DNA from: Yuukianura sp. NJ FZ-2021
Taxonomy: Eukaryota
NCBI GenBank assembly: GCA_046563655.1
Contig: CM102287.1
Span: forward strand, 310,001 to 374,000
Length of the DNA stretch: 64,000 nucleotides
Direction: 5' to 3'
Part shown: positions 10,001 through 24,400 of the stretch, in pieces
How the letters are laid out: each line of letters begins with the position of its first letter
Numbering within the stretch: position 1 is the first letter of the stretch
Translations under genes and position numbers: made by a program
Notes under the pieces: model-generated
The model's database searches: none
Seen by the model: the letters and a program-made list of their open reading frames with translations, nothing else
Told to the model about the DNA's origin: nothing

Positions 10001-13000
10001 AGTGGGCTTCTGTAGCTCTTTTTATGAGGATTTCAAAAATGTAGTTGACTTTTACCTAGCATCGTTTCGGATTGCATTTCTTTTGAATTCTTTGTTTTGA
10101 AACATGAATTTTCATAAATAAAAGTAACAAGATTAGGGACGACACAGCAAGTGAAAGTGGGCTCCTGTAGCACTTTTTATGTGGATTTCAAAGCTGTAGT
10201 TGATTTTTACCTAGCATCGTTTGGGAATGCATTTCTTTTGAATTCTTTGTTTTGAAACATGAATTTTCATAAATAAAAGTAACAAGATTAGGGACGACAC
10301 AGCAAGTGAAAGTGGGCTCCTGTAGCACTTTTTATGTGGATTTCAAAGCTGTAGTTGATTTTTACCCAGCATCGTTCCGGAATGCATTTCTTTTGAATTC
10401 TTTGTTTTGAAACAAGAATTTTCCTAAATAAAAGTAACAAGATTAGGGACGACACAGCAAGTGAAAGTGGGCTCCTGTAGCACTTATTATGAGGATTTCA
10501 AAAATGAAATTTACTTTCTGTTTATTCTCACATTAGCATGTTCATTCTCACAAATTTAAGTCGTTTTCGACAAAATGGTGCTCGGCATTGCCCTGGGTAC
10601 CGTTTACCAACCCAAGATAAACTCCGAGGCAGAGCGGTTCATCCAGACTTTTAAGTACGCTCTAACCAGATTTAATGGCGATCTATCCACGCCAATTATC
10701 CTTGGGTTCCTGTAGTACTTTTCAGGAGGATTTCAGAAAAGTAACTCATTTTCACCCGGCATCGCTCCGCGTGGAGGTTTTTCGAAATATTTGTTTGGAA
10801 ACAAATTTTCATAAAGAAAAGTAACGAGATGAGGGACGACACAGCAAGTGAAAGTGGGTTCCTGTAGCCCTTTTTATGAGGATTTCAAAAATGTAGTTGA
10901 CTGTTACCTAGCATCGTTCCGGAATTCATTTCTTTTGAATTCTCTGTTTTGAAACATGAATTTTCATAAATAAAAGTAACAAGATGAGGGACGACACAGC
11001 AAGTGAAAGTGGGCTCCTGTAGCACTTTTTATGAGGATTTCAAAAATGTAATTTACTTTTACCTGGCATCGTTTCGGAATGCATTTCTTTTGAATTTTTG
11101 TTGTGAAACATGAATTTTCATAAATAAAGGTAACAAGATGAGGGACGACACAGCAAGTGAAAGTGGGCTTCTGTAGCTCTTTTTATTAGGATTTCAAAAA
11201 TGTAGTTGACTTTTACCTAGCATCGTTTCGGAATGCATTTCTTTTGAATTCTTTGTTTTGAAACATGAATTTTCATAAATAAAAGTAACAAGATTAGGGA
11301 CGACACAGCAAGTGAAAGTGGGCTCCTGTAGCACTTTTTATGTGGATTTCAAAGCTGTAGTTGATTTTTACCCAGCATCGTTCCAGAATGCATTTCTTTT
11401 GAATTCTTTGTTTTGAAACAAGAATTTTCCTAAATAAAAGTAACAAGATTAGGGACGACACAGCAAGTGAAAGTGGGCTCCTGTAGCACTTATTATGAGG
11501 ATTTCAAAAATGAAATTTACTTTCTGTTTATTCTCACATTAGCATGTTCATTCTCACAAATTTAAGTCGTTTTCGACAAAATGGTGCTCGGCATTGCCCT
11601 GGGTACCGTTTACCAACCCAAGATAAACTCCGAGGCAGAGCGGTTCATCCAGACTTTTAAGTACGCTCTAACCAGATTTAATGGCGATCTATCCACGCCA
11701 ATTATCCTTGGGTTCCTGTAGTACTTTTCAGGAGGATTTCAGAAAAGTAACTCATTTTCACCCGGCATCGCTCCGCGTGGAGGTTTTTCGAAATATTTGT
11801 TTGGAAACAAATTTTCATAAAGAAAAGTAACGAGATGAGGGACGACACAGCAAGTGAAAGTGGGTTCCTGTAGCCCTTTTTATGAGGATTTCAAAAATGT
11901 AGTTGACTGTTACCTAGCATCGTTCCGGAATTCATTTCTTTTGAATTCTCTGTTTTGAAACATGAATTTTCATAAATAAAAGTAACAAGATGAGGGACGA
12001 CACAGCAAGTGAAAGTGGGCTCCTGTAGCACTTTTTATGAGGATTTCAAAAATGTAGTTGACTTTTACCTGGCATCGTTTCGGATTGCATTTCTTTTGAA
12101 TTCTTTGTTTTGAAACATGAATTTTCATAAATAAAAGTAACAAGATTAGAGACGACACAGCAAGTGAAAGTGGGCTCCTGTAGCACTTTTTATGTGGATT
12201 TCAAAGCTGTAGTTGATTTTTACCCAGCATCGTTCCGGAACGCATTTCTTTTGAATTCTTTGTTTTGAAACAAGAATTTTCCTAAATAAAAGTAACAAGA
12301 TTAGGGACGACACAGCAAGTGAAAGTGGGCTCCTGTAGCACTTATTATGAGGATTTCAAAAATGAAATTTACTTTCTGTTTATTCTCACATTAGCATGTT
12401 CATTCTCACAAATTTAAGTCGTTTTCGACAAAATGGTGCTCGGCATTGCACTGGGTACCGTTTACCAACCCAAGATAAACTCCGAGGCAGAGCGGTTCAT
12501 CCAGACTTTTAAGTACGCTCTAACCAGATTTAATGGCGATCTATCCACGCGAATTATCCTTGGGTTCCTGTAGTACTTTTCAGGAGGATTTCAGAAAAGT
12601 AACTCATTTTCACCCGGCATCGCTCCGCGTGGAGGTTTTTCGAAATATTTGTTTGGAAACAAATTTTCATAAAGAAAAGTAACGAGATTAGGGACGACAC
12701 AGCAAGTGAAAGTGGGTTCCTGTAGCCCTTTTTATGAGGATTTCAAAAATGTAATTTACTTTTACCTGGCATCGTTTCGGAATGCATTTCTTTTGAATTT
12801 TTGTTGTGAAACATGAATTTTCATAAATAAAGGTAACAAGATGAGGGACGACACAGCAAGTGAAAGTGGGTTCCTGTAGCCCTTTTTATGAGGATTTCAA
12901 AAATGTAGTTGACTGTTACCTAGCATCGTTCCGGAATGCATTTCTTTTGAATTCTCTGTTTTGAAACATGAATTTTCATAAATAAAAGTAACAAGATGAG

Positions 13001-15477
13001 GGACGACACAGCAAGTGAAAGTGGGCTCCTGTAGCACTTTTTATGAGGATTTCAAAAATGTAATTTACTTTTACCTGGCATCGTTTCGGAATGCATTTCT
13101 TTTGAATTTTTGTTGTGAAACATGAATTTTCATAAATAAAGGTAACAAGATGAGGGACGACACAGCAAGTGAAAGTGGGCTTCTGTAGCTCTTTTTATGA
13201 GGATTTCAAAAATGTAGTTGACTTTTACCTAGCATCGTTTCGGATTGCATTTCTTTTGAATTCTTTGTTTTGAAACATGAATTTTCACAAATAAAAGTAA
13301 CAAGATAAGGGACGACACAGCAAGTGAAAGTGGGCTCCTGTAGCACTTTTTATGAGGATTTCAAAAATGTAGTTGACTTTTACCTAGCATCGTTTCGGAA
13401 TGCATTTCTTTTGAATTCTTTGTTTTGAAACATGAATTTTCATAAATAAAAGTAACAAGATTAGGGACGACACAGCAAGTGAAAGTGGGCTCCTGTAGCA
13501 CTTTTTATGTGGATTTCAAAGCTGTAGTTGATTTTTACCCAGCATCGTTCCGGAATGCATTTCTTTTGAATTCTTTGTTTTGAAACAAGAATTTTCCTAA
13601 ATAAAAGTAACAAGATTAGGGACGACACAGCAAGTGAAAGTGGGCTCCTGTAGCACTTATTATGAGGATTTCAAAAATGAAATTTACTTTCTGTTTATTC
13701 TCACATTAGCATGTTCATTCTCACAAATTTAAGTCGTTTTCGACAAAATGGTGCTCGGCATTGCCCTGGGTACCGTTTACCAACCCAAGATAAACTCCGA
13801 GGCAGAGCGGTTCATCCAGACTTTTAAGTACGCTCTAACCAGATTTAATGGCGATCTATCCACGCCAATTATCCTTGGGTTCCTGTAGTACTTTTCAGGA
13901 GGATTTCAGAAAAGTAACTCATTTTCACCCGGCATCGCTCCGCGTGGAGGTTTTTCGAAATATTTGTTTGGAAACAAATTTTCATAAAGAAAAGTAACGA
14001 GATGAGGGACGACACAGCAAGTGAAAGTGGGTTCCTGTAGCCCTTTTTATGAGGATTTCAAAAATGTAGTTGACTGTTACCTAGCATCGTTCCGGAATTC
14101 ATTTCTTTTGAATTCTCTGTTTTGAAACATGAATTTTCATAAATAAAAGTAACAAGATGAGGGACGACACAGCAAGTGAAAGTGGGCTCCTGTAGCACTT
14201 TTTATGAGGATTTCAAAAATGTATTTTACTTTTACCTGGCATCGTTTCGGAATGCATTTCTTTTGAATTTTTGTTGTGAAACATGAATTTTCATAAATAA
14301 AAGTAACAAGATGAGGGACGACACAGCAAGTGAAAGTGGGCTCCTGTAGCACTTTTTATGAGGATTTCAAAAATGTAATTTACTTTTACCTGGCATCGTT
14401 TCGGAATGCATTTCTTTTGAATTTTTGTTGTGAAACGTGAATTTTCATAAATAAAGGTAACAAGATGAGGGACGACACAGCAAGTGAAAGTGGGCTTCTG
14501 TAGCTCTTTTTATTAGGATTTCAAAAATGTAGTTGACTTTTACCTAGCATCGTTTCGGAATGCATTTCTTTTGAATTCTTTGTTTTGAAACATGAATTTT
14601 CATAAATAAAAGTAACAAGATTAGGGACGACACAGCAAGTGAAAGTGGGCTCCTGTAGCACTTTTTATGTGGATTTCAAAGCTGTAGTTGATTTTTACCC
14701 AGCATCGTTCCAGAATGCATTTCTTTTGAATTCTTTGTTTTGAAACAAGAATTTTCCTAAATAAAAGTAACAAGATTAGGGACGACACAGCAAGTGAAAG
14801 TGGGCTCCTGTAGCACTTATTATGAGGATTTCAAAAATGAAATTTACTTTCTGTTTATTCTCACATTAGCATGTTCATTCTCACAAATTTAAGTCGTTTT
14901 CGACAAAATGGTGCTCGGCATTGCCCTGGGTACCGTTTACCAACCCAAGATAAACTCCGAGGCAGAGCGGTTCATCCAGACTTTTAAGTACGCTCTAACC
15001 AGATTTAATGGCGATCTATCCACGCCAATTATCCTTGGGTTCCTGTAGTACTTTTCAGGAGGATTTCAGAAAAGTAACTCATTTTCACCCGGCATCGCTC
15101 CGCGTGGAGGTTTTTCGAAATATTTGTTTGGAAACAAATTTTCATAAAGAAAAGTAACGAGATGAGGGACGACACAGCAAGTGAAAGTGGGTTCCTGTAG
15201 CCCTTTTTATGAGGATTTCAAAAATGTAGTTGACTGTTACCTAGCATCGTTCCGGAATTCATTTCTTTTGAATTCTCTGTTTTGAAACATGAATTTTCAT
15301 AAATAAAAGTAACAAGATGAGGGACGACACAGCAAGTGAAAGTGGGCTCCTGTAGCACTTTTTATGAGGATTTCAAAAATGTAATTTACTTTTACCTGGC
15401 ATCGTTTCGGAATGCATTTCTTTTGAATTCTTTGTTTTGAAACATGAATTTTCCTAAATAAAAGTAACAAGATTAGG

Positions 15478-15864
15478 GACGACACAGCAAGTGAAAATGG
15501 GCTCCTGTAGCACATATTATGAGGATTTCAAAAATGAAATTTACTTTCTGTTCATTCTCACATTAGCATGTTTATTCTCAGAAATTTAAGTCGTTTTCGA
15601 CAAAATGGTGCTCGGCATTGCCCTGGGTACCGTTTACCAACCCAAGATAAACTCCGAGGCAGAGCGGTTCATCCAGACCCTTAAGTACGCTCTAACCAGA
15701 TTTAATGGTGATCTATCCACGCCAATTATCCTTGGGTTCCTGTAGTACTTTTCAGGAGGATTTCAGAAAAGTAACTCGTTTTCACCCGGCATCGCTCCGC
15801 GTGGAGGTTTTTCGAAATATTTGTTTGGAAACAAATTTTCATAAAGAAAAGTAACGAGATGAGG
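15478..15864 (+). repeat. L-unit subtype B (first complete copy)
   Basis: Linked diagnostic variants relative to subtype A: GAAAATGGG, CACATATTAT, TGTTCATTC...TGTTTATTCTCAGAAA, AC(C/T)CTTAAG, GGTGATC, ACTCGTTTT. Confidence 0.9.
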
Positions 15865-18649
15865 GACGACACAGCAAGTGAAAGTGGGTTCCTGTAGCCC
15901 TTTTTATGAGGATTTCAAAAATGTAGTTGACTGTTACCTAGCATCGTTCCGGAATGCATTTCTTTTGAATTCTCTGTTTTGAAACATGAATTTTCATAAA
16001 TAAAAGTAACAAGATGAGGGACGACACAGCAAGTGAAAGTGGGCTCCTGTAGCACTTTTTATGAGGATTTCAAAAATGTAATTTACTTTTACCTGGCATC
16101 GTTTCGGAATGCATTTCTTTTGAATTTTTGTTGTGAAACATGAATTTTCATAAATAAAGGTAACAAGATGAGGGACGACACAGCAAGTGAAAGTGGGCTT
16201 CTGTAGCTCTTTTTATGAGGATTTCAAAAATGTAGTTGACTTTTACCTAGCATCGTTTCGGAATGCATTTCTTTTGAATTCTTTGTTTTGAAACATGAAT
16301 TTTCATAAATAAAAGTAACAAGATTAGGGACGACACAGCAAGTGAAAGTGGGCTCCTGTAGCACTTTTTATGTGGATTTCAAAGCTGTAGTTGATTTTTA
16401 CCCAGCATCGTTCCGGAATGCATTTCTTTTGAATTCTTTGTTTTGAAACAAGAATTTTCCTAAATAAAAGTAACAAGATTAGGGACGACACAGCAAGTGA
16501 AAGTGGGCTCCTGTAGCACTTATTATGAGGATTTCAAAAATGAAATTTACTTTCTGTTTATTCTCACATTAGCATGTTCATTCTCACAAATTTAAGTCGT
16601 TTTCGACAAAATGGTGCTCGGCATTGCCCTGGGTACCGTTTACCAACCCAAGATAAACTCCGAGGCAGAGCGGTTCATCCAGACTTTTAAGTACGCTCTA
16701 ACCAGATTTAATGGCGATCTATCCACGCCAATTATCCTTGGGTTCCTGTAGTACTTTTCAGGAGGATTTCAGAAAAGTAACTCATTTTCACCCGGCATCG
16801 CTCCGCGTGGAGGTTTTTCGAAATATTTGTTTGGAAACAAATTTTCATAAAGAAAAGTAACGAGATGAGGGACGACACAGCAAGTGAAAGTGGGTTCCTG
16901 TAGCCCTTTTTATGAGGATTTCAAAAATGTAGTTGACTGTTACCTAGCATCGTTCCGGAATTCATTTCTTTTGAATTCTCTGTTTTGAAACATGAATTTT
17001 CATAAATAAAAGTAACAAGATGAGGGACGACACAGCAAGTGAAAGTGGGCTCCTGTAGCACTTTTTATGTGGATTTCAAAGCTGTAGTTGATTTTTACCC
17101 AGCATCGTTCCGGAACGCATTTCTTTTGAATTCTTTGTTTTGAAACAAGAATTTTCCTAAATAAAAGTAACAAGATTAGGGACGACACAGCAAGTGAAAG
17201 TGGGCTCCTGTAGCACTTATTATGAGGATTTCAAAAATGAAATTTACTTTCTGTTTATTCTCACATTAGCATGTTCATTCTCACAAATTTAAGTCGTTTT
17301 CGACAAAATGGTGCTCGGCATTGCACTGGGTACCGTTTACCAACCCAAGATAAACTCCGAGGCAGAGCGGTTCATCCAGACTTTTAAGTACGCTCTAACC
17401 AGATTTAATGGCGATCTATCCACGCCAATTATCCTTGGGTTCCTGTAGTACTTTTCAGGAGGATTTCAGAAAAGTAACTCATTTTCACCCGGCATCGCTC
17501 CGCGTGGAGGTTTTTCGAAATATTTGTTTGGAAACAAATTTTCATAAAGAAAAGTAACGAGATTAGGGACGACACAGCAAGTGAAAGTGGGTTCCTGTAG
17601 CCCTTTTTATGAGGATTTCAAAAATGTAATTTACTTTTACCTGGCATCGTTTCGGAATGCATTTCTTTTGAATTTTTGTTTTGAAACATGAATTTTCATA
17701 AATAAAGGTAACAAGATGAGGGACGACACAGCAAGTGAAAGTGGGTTCCTGTAGCCCTTTTTATGAGGATTTCAAAAATGTAGTTGACTGTTACCTAGCA
17801 TCGTTCCGGAATGCATTTCTTTTGAATTCTCTGTTTTGAAACATGAATTTTCATAAATAAAAGTAACAAGATGAGGGACGACACAGCAAGTGAAAGTGGG
17901 CTCCTGTAGCACTTTTTATGAGGATTTCAAAAATGTAATTTACTTTTACCTGGCATCGTTTCGGAATGCATTTCTTTTGAATTTTTGTTGTGAAACATGA
18001 ATTTTCATAAATAAAGGTAACAAGATGAGGGACGACACAGCAAGTGAAAGTGGGCTTCTGTAGCTCTTTTTATGAGGATTTCAAAAATGTAGTTGACTTT
18101 TACCTAGCATCGTTTCGGATTGCATTTCTTTTGAATTCTTTGTTTTGAAACATGAATTTTCATAAATAAAAGTAACAAGATTAGGGACGACACAGCAAGT
18201 GAAAGTGGGCTCCTGTAGCACTTTTTATGAGGATTTCAAAGTAGTAGTTGACTTTTACCTAGCATCGTTTCGGAATGCATTTCTTTTGAATTCTTTGCTT
18301 TGAAACATGAATTTTCATAAATAAAAGTAACAAGATTAGGGACGACACAGCAAGTGAAAGTGGGCTCCTGTAGCACTTTTTATGTGGATTTCAAAGCTGT
18401 AGTTGATTTTTACCCAGCATCGTTCCGGAATGCATTTCTTTTGAATTCTTTGTTTTGAAACATGAATTTTCATAAATAAAGGTAACAAGATAAGGGACGA
18501 CACAGCAAGTGAAAGTGGGCTCCTGTAGCACTTTTTGTGAGGATTTCAAAAATGTAATTTACTTTCTGTTCATTCTCACATTAGCATGTTCATTCTCACA
18601 AATTTAAGTCGTTTTCGACAAAATGGTGCTCGGCATTGCCCTGGGTACC

Positions 18650-21495
18650 GTTTACCAACCCAAGATAAACTCGAGGCAGAGCGGTTCATCCAGACTTTTA
18701 AGTACGCTCTAACCAGATTTAATGGCGATCTATCCACGCCAATTATCCTTGGGTTCCTGTAGTACTTTTCAGGAGGATTTCAGAAAAGTAACTCATTTTC
18801 ACCGGCAGCTCCGTGGAGGTTTTTCGAAATATTTGTTTGGAAACAAATTTTCAGAAAAGTAACGAGATGAGGGACGACACAGCAAGTGAAAGTGGGTTCA
18901 GCCCTTTTTATGAGGATTTCAAAAATACTGATTTTTACCTAGGCATCGTTCCGGAATGCATTTCTTTTGAATTCTTTGTTTTGAAACATGAATTTTCATA
19001 AATAAAAGTAACAAGATGAGGGACGACACAGCAAGTGAAAGTGGGCTCCTGTAGCACTTATTATGAGGATTTCAAAAATGAAATTTACTTTCTGTTTATT
19101 CTCACATTAGCATGTTCTCGGAAATGCATTAAGTCGTTTTCGACAAAATGGTGCTCGGCATTGCCCTGGGTACCGTTTACCAACCGAAACATGCAGAGCG
19201 GTTTTCATAAACTTTTAAAGTACGCTCTAACCAAGATGATGGCGACGATCCACAGCCAAGTGAAAGTGGGTTCCTGTAGCACTTTTTATGAGGATTTCAG
19301 AAATGTAGTTGATTTTTACCTGGCATCGTTCCGCGAATGCATTTCTTTTCGAATTCTCTGTTTTGAAACATGAATTTTCACAAATAAAGGTAACAAGATG
19401 AGGGACGACACAGCAAGTGAAAGTGGGCTCCTGTAGCACTTTTTATGAGGATTTCAAAGATGTAGTTGACTTTTACCCAGCATCGTTCCGGAATGCATTT
19501 CTTTTGAATTCTTTGTTTTGAAACATGAATTTTCATAAATAAAAGTAACAAGATGAGGGACGACACAGCAAGTGAAAGTGGGCTCCTGTAGCACTTTTTA
19601 TGAGGATTTCAAAAATGTAGTTGACTTTTACCTAGCATCGTTCCGGAACGCATTTCTTTTGAATTCTTTGTTTTGAAACATGAATTTTCATAAATAAAGG
19701 TAACAAGATGTAGGACTACACAGCAAGTGAAAGTGGGCTCTTGTAGCCCTTTTTATGAGGATTTCAAAAATGTAATTTACTTTCTGTTCATTCTCACATT
19801 AGCATGTTCATTCTCACAAATTTAAGTCGTTTTCGACAAAATGGTGCTCGGCATTGCCCTGGGTACCGTTTACCAACCCAAGATAAACTCCGAGGCAGAG
19901 CGGTTCATCCAGACTTTTAAGTACGCTCTAACCAGATTTAATGGCGATCTATCCACGCCATTTAAACTTGGGTTCCTGTAGTACTTTTCAGGAGGATTAC
20001 AGAAAAGTAACTCATTTTCACCAGGCATCTCTCCGCATGGAGGTTTTTCGAAATATTTGTTTTGGAAACAAATTTTCATAAAGGAAAGTAACGAGATGAG
20101 GGACTACACAGCAAGTGAAAGTGGGCTCCTGTAGCACTTTTTATGAGGATTTCAAAGATGTAGTTGACTTTTACCTAGCATCGTTCCGGAATGCATTTCT
20201 TTTGAATTTTTTGTTTTGAAACATGAATTTTCATAAACAATGGTAACAAGATAAGGGACGACACAGCAAGTGAAAAAGGGCTCCTGTAGCACTTTTTATG
20301 AGGATTTCAAAAATGTAGTTGACTTTTACCCAGCATCGTTCCGGAGTGCATTTCTTTTGATTTCTTTGTTTTGAAACATGAATTTTCATAAATAAAAGTA
20401 ACAAGATTAGGGACGACACAGCAAGTGAAAATGGGCTCCTGTAGCACATGTTATGAGGATTTCAAAAATGTAAATTTACTTTTACCTGTTCATTCGGAAT
20501 GCATTTCATTTGCATTTTGTTGTGAAACATTCTCATAAATTTAAAGTCGTTTTCGACAAAATGATGCTCGGCATTGCCCTGGGTACCGTTTACCAACCCA
20601 AGATAAACTCCGAGGCAGAGCGGGCATCCAGAATTTTAAGTACGCTCTAACCAGATTTAATGAGCGATCTATCCACGCCAATGTATCCTTGGGTTCCTGT
20701 AGTACTTTTACCTAGGAGGATTTCAGAAAAGTAATTCATTTTCACCCGGCATCGCTCCGCGTGGAGGTCTTTTCGAAATATTTGTTTTGGAAACATGAAT
20801 TTTCATAAATAAAAGTAACAAGATTAGGGACGACACAGCAAGTGAAAGTGGGCTCCTGTAGCACTTTTTATGAGGATTTCAAAAATGTAGTTGACTTTTA
20901 CCCAGCATCGTTTCGGAATGCATTTCTTTTGAATTTTTTGTTTTGAAACATGAATTTTCATAAATAAAAGGTAACAAGATGAGGGACGACACAGCAAGTG
21001 AAAGTGGGCTCCTGTAGCACTTTTTATGAGGATTTCAAAAATGTAATTTGACTTTTTACCTGCATCGTTCCGGAATGCATTTCTTTTGAATTCTTTGTTT
21101 TGAAACATGAATTTTCCTATAAATAAAAGGTAACAAGATGAGGGACGACACAGCAAGTGAAAGTGGGTTCCTGTAGCACTTTTTATGAGGATTTCAAAAA
21201 TGTAGTTTCTGTTTATTCTCACATTAGCATCGTTCGGAATGCATTAAGTCGTTTTCGACAAAATGGTGCTCGGCATTGCCCTGGGTACCGTTTACCAACC
21301 CAAGATGAAACTTTTCATAAACTTTTAAAACGCTCTAACCAAGATTTAATGGGACGATCTATCCACGCCAATTATCCTTGGGTTCCTGTAGTACTTTTCA
21401 GGAGGATTTCAGAAAATGTATTTTACTCATTTTCACCCGGCATCGCTCCGCGAATGGAGGTCTTTTCGAAATATTTGTTTTGAAACATGAATTTT
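18650..21495. other. Degenerate or mosaic segment of the array (probable assembly consensus artefact)
   Basis: Dense small indels and fine interleaving of L-insert and monomer sequence, e.g. CAACCGAAACATGCAGAGCGGTTTTCATAAACTTTTAAAGTACG at ~19180 and TGTTCATTCGGAATGCATTTCATTTGCATTTTG at ~20490. The flanking copies are near-identical to each other. Confidence 0.75.
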
Positions 21496-24400
21496 CATAA
21501 AGAAAAGTAACGAGATGAGGGACGACACAGCAAGTGAAAGTGGGTTCCTGTAGCCCTTTTTATGAGGATTTCAAAAATGTAGTTGACTGTTACCTAGCAT
21601 CGTTCCGGAATGCATTTCTTTTGAATTCTCTGTTTTGAAACATGAATTTTCATAAATAAAAGTAACAAGATGAGGGACGACACAGCAAGTGAAAGTGGGC
21701 TCCTGTAGCACTTTTTATGAGGATTTCAAAAATGTATTTTACTTTTACCTGGCATCGTTTCGGAATGCATTTCTTTTGAATTTTTGTTGTGAAACATGAA
21801 TTTTCATAAATAAAAGTAACAAGATGAGGGACGACACAGCAAGTGAAAGTGGGCTCCTGTAGCACTTTTTATGAGGATTTCAAAAATGTAATTTACTTTT
21901 ACCTGGCATCGTTTCGGAATGCATTTCTTTTGAATTTTTGTTGTGAAACGTGAATTTTCATAAATAAAGGTAACAAGATGAGGGACGACACAGCAAGTGA
22001 AAGTGGGCTTCTGTAGCTCTTTTTATTAGGATTTCAAAAATGTAGTTGACTTTTACCTAGCATCGTTTCGGAATGCATTTCTTTTGAATTCTTTGTTTTG
22101 AAACATGAATTTTCATAAATAAAAGTAACAAGATTAGGGACGACACAGCAAGTGAAAGTGGGCTCCTGTAGCACTTTTTATGTGGATTTCAAAGCTGTAG
22201 TTGATTTTTACCCAGCATCGTTCCAGAATGCATTTCTTTTGAATTCTTTGTTTTGAAACAAGAATTTCCCTAAATAAAAGTAACAAGATTAGGGACGACA
22301 CAGCAAGTGAAAGTGGGCTCCTGTAGCACTTATTATGAGGATTTCAAAAATGAAATTTACTTTCTGTTTATTCTCACATTAGCATGTTCATTCTCACAAA
22401 TTTAAGTCGTTTTCGACAAAATGGTGCTCGGCATTGCCCTGGGTACCGTTTACCAACCCAAGATAAACTCCGAGGCAGAGCGGTTCATCCAGACTTTTAA
22501 GTACGCTCTAACCAGATTTAATGGCGATCTATCCACGCCAATTATCCTTGGGTTCCTGTAGTACTTTTCAGGAGGATTTCAGAAAAGTAACTCATTTTCA
22601 CCCGGCATCGCTCCGCGTGGAGGTTTTTCGAAATATTTGTTTGGAAACAAATTTTCATAAAGAAAAGTAACAAGATTAGGGACGACACAGCAAGTGAAAG
22701 TGGGCTCCTGTAGCACTTATTATGAGGATTTCAAAAATGAAATTTACTTTCTGTTTATTCTCACATTAGCATGTTCATTCTCACAAATTTAAGTCGTTTT
22801 CGACAAAATGGTGCTCGGCATTGCCCTGGGTACCGTTTACCAACCCAAGATAAACTCCGAGGCAGAGCGGTTCATCCAGACTTTTAAGTACGCTCTAACC
22901 AGATTTAATGGCGATCTATCCACGCCAATTATCCTTGGGTTCCTGTAGTACTTTTCAGGAGGATTTCAGAAAAGTAACTCATTTTCACCCGGCATCGCTC
23001 CGCGTGGAGGTTTTTCGAAATATTTGTTTGGAAACAAATTTTCATAAAGAAAAGTAACGAGATGAGGGACGACACAGCAAGTGAAAGTGGGTTCCTGTAG
23101 CCCTTTTTATGAGGATTTCAAAAATGTAGTTGACTGTTACCTAGCATCGTTCCGGAATTCATTTCTTTTGAATTCTCTGTTTTGAAACATGAATTTTCAT
23201 AAATAAAAGTAACAAGATGAGGGACGACACAGCAAGTGAAAGTGGGCTCCTGTAGCACTTTTTATGAGGATTTCAGAAATGTAATTTACTTTTACCTGGC
23301 ATCGTTTCGGAATGCATTTCTTTTGAATTCTTTGTTTTGAAACATGAATTTTCCTAAATAAAAGTAACAAGATTAGGGACGACACAGCAAGTGAAAATGG
23401 GCTCCTGTAGCACATATTATGAGGATTTCAAAAATGAAATTTACTTTCTGTTCATTCTCACATTAGCATGTTTATTCTCAGAAATTTAAGTCGTTTTCGA
23501 CAAAATGGTGCTCGGCATTGCCCTGGGTACCGTTTACCAACCCAAGATAAACTCCGAGGCAGAGCGGTTCATCCAGACCCTTAAGTACGCTCTAACCAGA
23601 TTTAATGGTGATCTATCCACGCCAATTATCCTTGGGTTCCTGTAGTACTTTTCAGGAGGATTTCAGAAAAGTAACTCGTTTTCACCCGGCATCGCTCCGC
23701 GTGGAGGTTTTTCGAAATATTTGTTTGGAAACAAATTTTCATAAAGAAAAGTAACGAGATGAGGGACGACACAGCAAGTGAAAGTGGGTTCCTGTAGCCC
23801 TTTTTATGAGGATTTCAAAAATGTAGTTGACTGTTACCTAGCATCGTTCCGGAATGCATTTCTTTTGAATTCTCTGTTTTGAAACATGAATTTTCATAAA
23901 TAAAAGTAACAAGATGAGGGACGACACAGCAAGTGAAAGTGGGCTCCTGTAGCACTTTTTATGAGGATTTCAAAAATGTAATTTACTTTTACCTGGCATC
24001 GTTTCGGAATGCATTTCTTTTGAATTTTTGTTGTGAAACATGAATTTTCATAAATAAAGGTAACAAGATGAGGGACGACACAGCAAGTGAAAGTGGGTTC
24101 CTGTAGCCCTTTTTATGAGGATTTCAAAAATGTAGTTGACTTTTACCTAGCATCGTTTCGGATTGCATTTCTTTTGAATTCTTTGTTTTGAAACATGAAT
24201 TTTCATAAATAAAAGTAACAAGATTAGAGACGACACAGCAAGTGAAAGTGGGCTCTTGTAGCACTTTTTATGTGGATTTCAAAAATGTATTTTACTTTTA
24301 CCTGGCATCGTTTCGGAATGCATTTCTTTTGAATTTTTGTTGTGAAACATGAATTTTCATAAATAAAAGTAACAAGATGAGGGACGACACAGCAAGTGAA

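Noticed and set aside
19035..21483. Longer ORFs of 108-132 aa
   Set aside because: They are confined to the mosaic zone and are produced by its indels, so they are not credible genes.
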